Below, piece by piece: positions 58,218 through 64,000 of a stretch of 64,000 bases of DNA. The notes beneath the pieces were generated by a model. The model searched no databases. It was given only the letters and a program-made list of their open reading frames with translations, and had not been told where the DNA came from. Within the stretch, counting starts at the first letter, position 1, and each line of letters opens with the position of its first letter. A program made the translations under genes and the position numbers. Origin of the DNA: an uncultured Candidatus Saccharibacteria bacterium (lineage in GTDB: Bacteria > Patescibacteriota > Dojkabacteria > SC72); assembly GCA_964610125.1 (NCBI GenBank), contig CAZSUV010000001.1:45599-109598 (forward strand), in the 5' to 3' direction.

Positions 58218-60905
58218 ATGGGAAAGGGTAAGAAGCCAAAAGGTGAAGAAGAGGTATTAGGTCAAATATTTGACTTCATATTTAAGGAGGCTAAAAAAAA
58301 GCCAGATAAACGTAAACCTCTCAAATTCACAGGAATTTCTACTTCTAAGGAGGTAGTTGATGGATTAGCTGCTGCTTTGGAGCAACCTGGAATGTATGTT
58401 ACAGACCAAATACTCTCAAATATGAATGATGCTTTGACTATTGAATTTGGGAGAATAAATGCTGACGAAAGTGGTACAAACAAAGCAAAGCTCACAACAA
58501 CAAGCTTAATCGGTTTTCTTGATGACCCAAATAAGTTTTTTGATAAACCTAAGAATGCTGCGAAGATGGGGATTAGGGAAGCAACAAAAGCAGCCTTTTT
58601 GGGAAGAGTTCATCAAGGGTTAGTGGCTAATGCTTGGGCACATAAATATAATTTAGATCTTGATGCTAAAAAGGCAATACGAATGCATTACCAGGCAGAT
58701 AGCTCGGGAAGAGAAGCTGAAGCTGGAAGGGCTTTTGCGTCTGCATCTGCATTCGCCATAAGTGGAGGAGACGATAACTCAAGAAAAAATTATGTTGCAA
58801 GTAGAAGTGCGGCTTTAGTGGGAAGGGAGATGTTTGGTAGGAGTGGTTGGGAATCTATGAGTGAAGAAAGAAAGGCAGAATTACAAAAGGCAATTATTAG
58901 AGGAAAGGATGCAGTAAAAGATTACCTTGGGACAACATACACAGGTTCTAGTGCTCGCTTAGCAGGAATGGCATTGTCGAAATATGATTTATTATCAAAA
59001 ACGCTTAATAAACCAATAGACGTTTTTGATAACAAAACGTATAACTCTTTAGAAGCTCGAAATCTCGAAGGTCGTATTGAAGATATGAGAATGTATTTAC
59101 GTCGAAATCCTGGAATGAGTATTAATGATAAAGCTAAAGTTGAAGCAGGAATTGATAAATTAGGACAAGCATTGGTAATTGTATCTGGGAATCATGTAGA
59201 TTTGGGTGATATTAATGCCGCAAAAATTGCACTACAAAGTAAAATCTCGGGTTACAAAAGTTCACTATCTGCAGCTCAAAAGGCCGGAGATAAAAATCAA
59301 ATCAAATATTACAAAGAACAAATCCGTAATCTAAAAGAAGGAGATAGAGAATTAAATAATATGCGTTTTTGGGGAACCATTGGAAAGTATGAAGGATTGG
59401 CAGGATCGTTGAAAGATGTATTAGGAGAGGGGTTGGCACCGAATGCGATTACAAGTGTTCTGGATGGCTCGTTTTATGATAAGTATAGGAACTCATTTGC
59501 TTTGCCTGTTACAGATAAAAATAAAGGGAAATTTGGTTCGTATTCGTGGTATTTAAAAGATGAAAAAGGAGTAAAAAAGTTAGAGAAACATGATGAAGAA
59601 ATTACAATATTAACTGCAGATTTGGCAGATTTATCAAAACTTACAGGAGCAGCAAGGAATAAAGCTGCAATGAGAAACAATTTTAATGTGATGATGACAA
59701 ATATATATTATCTTACACCACGTTCAATTCTGAGAACTTTATTTGTAAATGGAGAAGGCTTTGTATATTTATCATATAAAACCTCACAAAATGCTCTCGC
59801 AAAACTTGGAAAGGCAGGATTAGATTTTGACAAATTAATGAAGGATGGTGCGTACAGAAAATCACTAAGGGCTATGGGAGTAGACGCAAATAGTTTATAT
59901 TTAACCCGCGGATTGGCTCAAATATTTTCATTCGGACAACGAAAGAGAGATATGATCAAAACTTGGATGGATGATCATCTATTTAAACAATTAAGACAAA
60001 AGATATATAACAGCCTAATCAAAAAAATAACAGATACGGAAGCTTTAGCATTATTAGAGAAATGGTTAGTGAAAGGAGGCTTCGAGACTATAGCAAAGGC
60101 TTTGGTTATAGGTATTTTAGATGCCTTAGGAATAGCTGCAACTGGAGGTCTAGGATCATTCCTAGTGCCAATATTAAGCGCTCTAGTAGTAGACGTACTA
60201 TATGGAGCTGTAAAAATCATTGCTCAAGTTATATTACTAGTTGGCTTGGGAATGATAGGGTTCATAATATTAGGATTTTCAAATGACAAGAAAAACTTTG
60301 ATTCTCAAACCTATGCATACACTAATGTCGTACCTGGCGAAGTCGTCACTAATCCAAACTTCAAAGGAACTAGTCCAATTGTTCAACCCGATGATCCAAG
60401 TAATATTGGGAACTTCGTAGGTGGAACTCTTCCAGACGGAGAAAAATGTCTCTTGGGCTCCGGTAGCTTCCATTGTTCTCAAGGACCATATGGAAGTTAT
60501 TCACACCAAAAAGTCGCAGCAATAGATGTCACAGGTGTTAACTATTTCTATGCCCCAGCTTTCTGTGGAAACAATAATTGTAAAGTAACATATTCAGGAT
60601 CTACATCCTGTACCAATGGCTATGCAGGAGGAATGATGATATTCACTGCTTCATACGGAGGAAATACATACGAATTTAAGCTCATACACGTACAACCAGG
60701 AGCTGGAAATGGAGCAACACTCTCTTCTGGGCAACGTGTAGCAAGAGTAATGACTGTACAAGAAACTACAAATGCTTGCTCCTCTGGAATGCATCTGCAT
60801 TTACAAACGAAGATGAATGGAAGTGTTGTGAACCCAAGAGATGTATTAAGCAACAGCACTTCTAGTGGAGGGTTCTCATGTAGCGTAAGTGTATGTGATC
60901 CATAA
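58218..60905 (+). CDS. large membrane protein: ~600-aa Lys/Ala-rich helical N-domain, TM hairpin, C-terminal M23 (LytM-like) peptidase domain
   Basis: TM helices LVIGILDALGIAATGGLGSFLVPILSALVV and ILLVGLGMIGFIILGF. C-terminal SSGMHLHLQTKMNGSVVNP matches the M23 HxH...NG..VNP block. First M23 motif is divergent (SHQKVAAID). Confidence 0.55.
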   Translation: MGKGKKPKGEEEVLGQIFDFIFKEAKKKPDKRKPLKFTGISTSKEVVDGLAAALEQPGMYVTDQILSNMNDALTIEFGRINADESGTNKAKLTTTSLIGFLDDPNKFFDKPKNAAKMGIREATKAAFLGRVHQGLVANAWAHKYNLDLDAKKAIRMHYQADSSGREAEAGRAFASASAFAISGGDDNSRKNYVASRSAALVGREMFGRSGWESMSEERKAELQKAIIRGKDAVKDYLGTTYTGSSARLAGMALSKYDLLSKTLNKPIDVFDNKTYNSLEARNLEGRIEDMRMYLRRNPGMSINDKAKVEAGIDKLGQALVIVSGNHVDLGDINAAKIALQSKISGYKSSLSAAQKAGDKNQIKYYKEQIRNLKEGDRELNNMRFWGTIGKYEGLAGSLKDVLGEGLAPNAITSVLDGSFYDKYRNSFALPVTDKNKGKFGSYSWYLKDEKGVKKLEKHDEEITILTADLADLSKLTGAARNKAAMRNNFNVMMTNIYYLTPRSILRTLFVNGEGFVYLSYKTSQNALAKLGKAGLDFDKLMKDGAYRKSLRAMGVDANSLYLTRGLAQIFSFGQRKRDMIKTWMDDHLFKQLRQKIYNSLIKKITDTEALALLEKWLVKGGFETIAKALVIGILDALGIAATGGLGSFLVPILSALVVDVLYGAVKIIAQVILLVGLGMIGFIILGFSNDKKNFDSQTYAYTNVVPGEVVTNPNFKGTSPIVQPDDPSNIGNFVGGTLPDGEKCLLGSGSFHCSQGPYGSYSHQKVAAIDVTGVNYFYAPAFCGNNNCKVTYSGSTSCTNGYAGGMMIFTASYGGNTYEFKLIHVQPGAGNGATLSSGQRVARVMTVQETTNACSSGMHLHLQTKMNGSVVNPRDVLSNSTSSGGFSCSVSVCDP

Positions 60906-60922
60906 TTTGAAAAATATTAATA

Positions 60923-61900
60923 ATGGATAAAAAGAAAAAGATTGTCTTAATTGTAATCATAGGAATATTTGTAATAGCCTTGATTATCGCCTTGTACTTT
61001 GTGTTCAAATCACAAACCAATCCATATCCCAAGGAAGCCATTAAACAAGAATCACTCAATTCGACCACTGAAACCATTGCCCTGGGGGATACAGATATTG
61101 AATCATCAGATGGTTACCTATACACCGTCTCCAAAACCGTTATGGTTGAAAAAGTAGCAGAATTTGCGTACAGCCTTAGTCCCAAACTCATACAAACAAT
61201 CAATGAAAAAGGATCTTACTATGAATGGCGTAATGGAGAGGATTATGTAATCTACGAACTTGAACAAAATACCGTTATCTTTGCTTTAAAACAGGGTGTA
61301 ATTTGGAATGAAGCTAGTATCAATGGATACTCATTCACTCAATTTTCAAAGAATTACTTTGGAAAAAACTGGACATATACAACCGCGGAAAGCGAAAAAC
61401 AACCAAGTGGAGAAACAATATACTATGCAAAAAGACAGATCGAGGGAATAAATGTGGAAATGGTTTTAAACAATCAGTCTACTGACTATCTGGCTATAAA
61501 AAACGGAAAAATAGTATATGGTAAAATCCTGTTATCAGATTTTGTAAAAGTAGAAGGCAAACTTCCATTAATTAGTTCAGAAGATTTAGATAAATACCTC
61601 AACCTTGAAAGCTACCCTAAGGAAATATATCCAGAATATGGTCCAATACAAAATACGATACTATCAGCAGTTGATTACAAAAGCGAAGATTTCGATACAA
61701 TAGCGAAATCTATGACAAATTGTAAGAGCTTATCATCTAGCATAATATATCTTTACAAATCTCTTAACCAAGGCAATCTAACCCCTGTATACAAACTTGA
61801 CTTGCAGTGTGAGCTAACGTACAAAGATACGATATATACAATCCCTGCAATAGGGTACGTTAATGCAATTGATCCTAAATACGTATCTACCGCGGAGTAA
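60923..61900 (+). CDS. signal-anchored extracytoplasmic protein (325 aa)
   Basis: TM IVLIVIIGIFVIALIIALYFVF; no motif recognised. Confidence 0.45.
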   Translation: MDKKKKIVLIVIIGIFVIALIIALYFVFKSQTNPYPKEAIKQESLNSTTETIALGDTDIESSDGYLYTVSKTVMVEKVAEFAYSLSPKLIQTINEKGSYYEWRNGEDYVIYELEQNTVIFALKQGVIWNEASINGYSFTQFSKNYFGKNWTYTTAESEKQPSGETIYYAKRQIEGINVEMVLNNQSTDYLAIKNGKIVYGKILLSDFVKVEGKLPLISSEDLDKYLNLESYPKEIYPEYGPIQNTILSAVDYKSEDFDTIAKSMTNCKSLSSSIIYLYKSLNQGNLTPVYKLDLQCELTYKDTIYTIPAIGYVNAIDPKYVSTAE

Positions 61901-61919
61901 ACTGTGATACAATAGGTCT

Positions 61920-63092
61920 ATGAAATCACTCTTCAAACTCATTTTTACACTCATTCTTTTGCTAATACCAGCAAAGATTTTTGCATACACAATCAACACT
62001 GTAACAGATCAAAAGTTTGATGCTACAATTGCGGATCAAACACAAACAAAGTATGTAACCCCAACTACCATATATATATCCCAAATCACTACAACCTCTC
62101 CAGAGCTACAAAAAAATCCATCGCTTTGGGTCAAAACCTTGTATTACTATTCCATAACCAGATTACATTTCGCAGACCTCCCATACAACTACCTTGTTGA
62201 TACTAATGGGGCAATATATGAAGGCCGAAGTGGAGGTATAGGGGCAAACCCAGAGCTCAGAGATGCTCAAGGAAGCATCTTGATAGGATACCTCTCCAAT
62301 GATTCCATACTAACCAATAGGGCATCTACATCACTTCGAAGTCTTGTAGATTCAATTGCTTCAACCTGGGGAATAGCAAACCTCTCCGTAGTAAAGCTAA
62401 CCATCTCTCAACAAGAAGGACAATTAAGCAAATTAGTACCAGAAGAACTAACTGGAGAATTTAAACAATCAGTCTTAGATACATTCTCAGGATGGACAGG
62501 ATATACCACTGAGAAACTTACGTACAAAGCGAAAATAGAGGAAGTAACTTACAACAAAGAAGTAACCATAGGGTCAAAATTACATGTAACGGTAAAAGTA
62601 AAAAATCTGAATGATTTCACCTGGTTAACAGACAAAAACCCAATATATATATCAGCCAAAGACGTAAAACAAAGCAGATTTGCCATAAATGGGGTATGGG
62701 ATAGCTTCACAAAACCAACACATATCTCGGATAAAGCAATTAAGTCCGGAGAAACAGCTACATTTGAATTTGATCTTTCAGCTCAAATAGCACCAGGCGA
62801 AACATTTGAAAAATTCGTAGTGCAAAAATTTGATGCTCAACCATTTGCAGAAACTGAGTTTGAAGTAAAATTCAATATTGTAAAAGGAGACAAAACATTA
62901 GTACAGGTATCTTCTTCCGAATATGGATTTGCAAATATTCGAGAATGCCAATGGTATAGTTGTAAGATAATAGATACTGTAGATAACGGAGTGGTATACA
63001 TACTCCTTGCTGAAGAGAACGGTTGGATGAAGATTCAGTACACTGAAAATACAGTAGGATGGGTATTCTCTAGATACATGAAAAAGATTTAA
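61920..63092 (+). CDS. secreted peptidoglycan-binding protein: amidase_2/PGRP-like domain plus C-terminal SH3b-like domain
   Basis: Signal peptide LILLLIPAKIFA; YNYLVDTNGAIYEGRSGGIGAN resembles the amidase_2 core but lacks a canonical first zinc His; C-terminal GWMKIQYTENTVGWVFSRYM is SH3b-like. Confidence 0.45.
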   Translation: MKSLFKLIFTLILLLIPAKIFAYTINTVTDQKFDATIADQTQTKYVTPTTIYISQITTTSPELQKNPSLWVKTLYYYSITRLHFADLPYNYLVDTNGAIYEGRSGGIGANPELRDAQGSILIGYLSNDSILTNRASTSLRSLVDSIASTWGIANLSVVKLTISQQEGQLSKLVPEELTGEFKQSVLDTFSGWTGYTTEKLTYKAKIEEVTYNKEVTIGSKLHVTVKVKNLNDFTWLTDKNPIYISAKDVKQSRFAINGVWDSFTKPTHISDKAIKSGETATFEFDLSAQIAPGETFEKFVVQKFDAQPFAETEFEVKFNIVKGDKTLVQVSSSEYGFANIRECQWYSCKIIDTVDNGVVYILLAEENGWMKIQYTENTVGWVFSRYMKKI

Positions 63093-63107
63093 TCCTAAAA
63101 TCATATT

Positions 63108-64000
63108 ATGAAACTCGAAAAAATTCTTGGAGGTTTAAATCCAGAACAAAAAAAAGCGGTTCAATGTACAGACGGTCCACTCCTTGTTTTTGCTGGAGCT
63201 GGATCTGGGAAAACACGCGTAATCACAAGTAGAATTGCATACCTCATAAGTGAGAAAAATGTTAAACCAGAAAATATCCTTGCAGTAACATTTACTAAAA
63301 AAGCTGCAGGAGAAATGTTGGAAAGAATAAAAAATATACTTCAAGACATTGGCGCAGATATTGAAGATCTACCATCAGTAGGAACTTTTCACTCAATAGG
63401 GGCACTCTTTTTAAGACATAACGCTAAGGCAGTAGGATTAACCAACAATTTTTCCATCTATGATTCTGATGATAGTGAAAACCTCATAAAAGAATTAATG
63501 CTAGAAAGACAGATAGATATAAAACAGATAAAGCCACAATCAGTATCATATTTCATAAGTGCAGCTAAAAATGAAATGGTGTCCCCAGAAACATTTGGAT
63601 CCCACTATGGAGGATATATAGAAGATATTGTTGCAGATATATATCCTGCATATCAGAAACAGCTTAAGATACAGAACTCTGTAGATTTCGGTGACCTTCT
63701 GTATCTAACAGTAAAAATGTTAGAAGAAAATGAAGAAGTACGAAAATACTACCAAGAAAAATATCAATATCTTCTAATTGATGAGTATCAGGACACTAAT
63801 CAGGCACAATACAAATTTGCAAGATTACTTTCTGAAAAACACCAAAATATCTGCGTAGTTGGAGATGATGATCAAGGAATCTATGCATGGAGAGGTGCAG
63901 ATATTAAAAATATTCAATCCTTTGAAGATGATTTTTCAAAAGTTACTGTAATCAAACTTGAACAAAACTATCGCTCTACCAAAAATGTCATCTCTGCAGC
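63108..64000 (+). CDS. UvrD/PcrA-family DNA helicase (3' end outside the window)
   Basis: Walker A FAGAGSGKTRVITSRIAYL, motif LLIDEYQDTNQAQY, motif CVVGDDDQGIYAWRGA. Confidence 0.85.
   Translation, partial: MKLEKILGGLNPEQKKAVQCTDGPLLVFAGAGSGKTRVITSRIAYLISEKNVKPENILAVTFTKKAAGEMLERIKNILQDIGADIEDLPSVGTFHSIGALFLRHNAKAVGLTNNFSIYDSDDSENLIKELMLERQIDIKQIKPQSVSYFISAAKNEMVSPETFGSHYGGYIEDIVADIYPAYQKQLKIQNSVDFGDLLYLTVKMLEENEEVRKYYQEKYQYLLIDEYQDTNQAQYKFARLLSEKHQNICVVGDDDQGIYAWRGADIKNIQSFEDDFSKVTVIKLEQNYRSTKNVISA

Noticed and set aside
50248-63092. Prophage tail/lysis module hypothesis (M23-containing tape-measure-like protein plus amidase_2/SH3b endolysin-like protein)
   Set aside because: No capsid, portal, terminase, integrase or tail-sheath/tube genes in or near the operon. 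Almost all products carry signal anchors, unlike virion structural proteins. The VirB6-like polytopic protein fits a secretion/conjugation-type machine better. Kept as an alternative to test.
1-64000. CRISPR arrays, tRNA or rRNA genes
   Set aside because: No regularly spaced direct repeats were seen. All intergenic spacers over 70 bp (3149-3344, 10514-10654, 42114-42253, 45711-45938, 46203-46306) are AT-rich without cloverleaf-like conserved tRNA boxes. No tRNAscan-type search could be run.

Overview
This 64-kb window is AT-rich (roughly one-third GC), uses the standard genetic code and has tightly packed genes. The gene content points to a reduced-genome bacterium with a Gram-positive-type envelope, consistent with a CPR/Patescibacteria-like lineage; this taxonomic placement is inference. 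The envelope toolkit consists of a sortase plus LPSTG substrates, LCP, MltG and many signal-anchored surface proteins. The backbone is housekeeping: folD-glyA-dcd-sufS, recF, lepA, rpsT, holA-like, ruvX, a short AlaRS, dnaJ, Asp/Asn-tRNA ligase, nusA-infB-rpsO-pnp, rsmB, rsmE and uvrD (3' partial). Several accessory regions sit within this backbone. (i) Two tandem LPSTG-anchored surface-protein paralogs share a 449-bp perfectly identical core (1-1924). (ii) An XRE regulator, an unknown gene and a DUF45 HExxH hydrolase form a module (1947-3818). (iii) A Lon AAA+ module lacks its protease domain and abuts a convergent VirB3-like/VirB4-like ATPase operon (10.6-15.9 kb). (iv) A block with a strongly cytosine-depleted coding strand encodes a nucleotidyltransferase and an alpha/beta hydrolase (16024-17603). 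Downstream of it lie a small membrane protein, a JAB-like-motif protein and a second NTase-like gene (17610-19363). (v) A ~12.8-kb co-directional operon (50248-63092) encodes giant FN3-like signal-anchored proteins, a VirB6/TrbL-like polytopic protein, a large TM protein with a C-terminal M23 peptidase domain, and an amidase_2/SH3b wall-binding protein. This is the most likely candidate for an incompletely described envelope-spanning secretion/attachment apparatus, and appears split from its ATPase locus. No rRNA, tRNA or CRISPR features were recognised.
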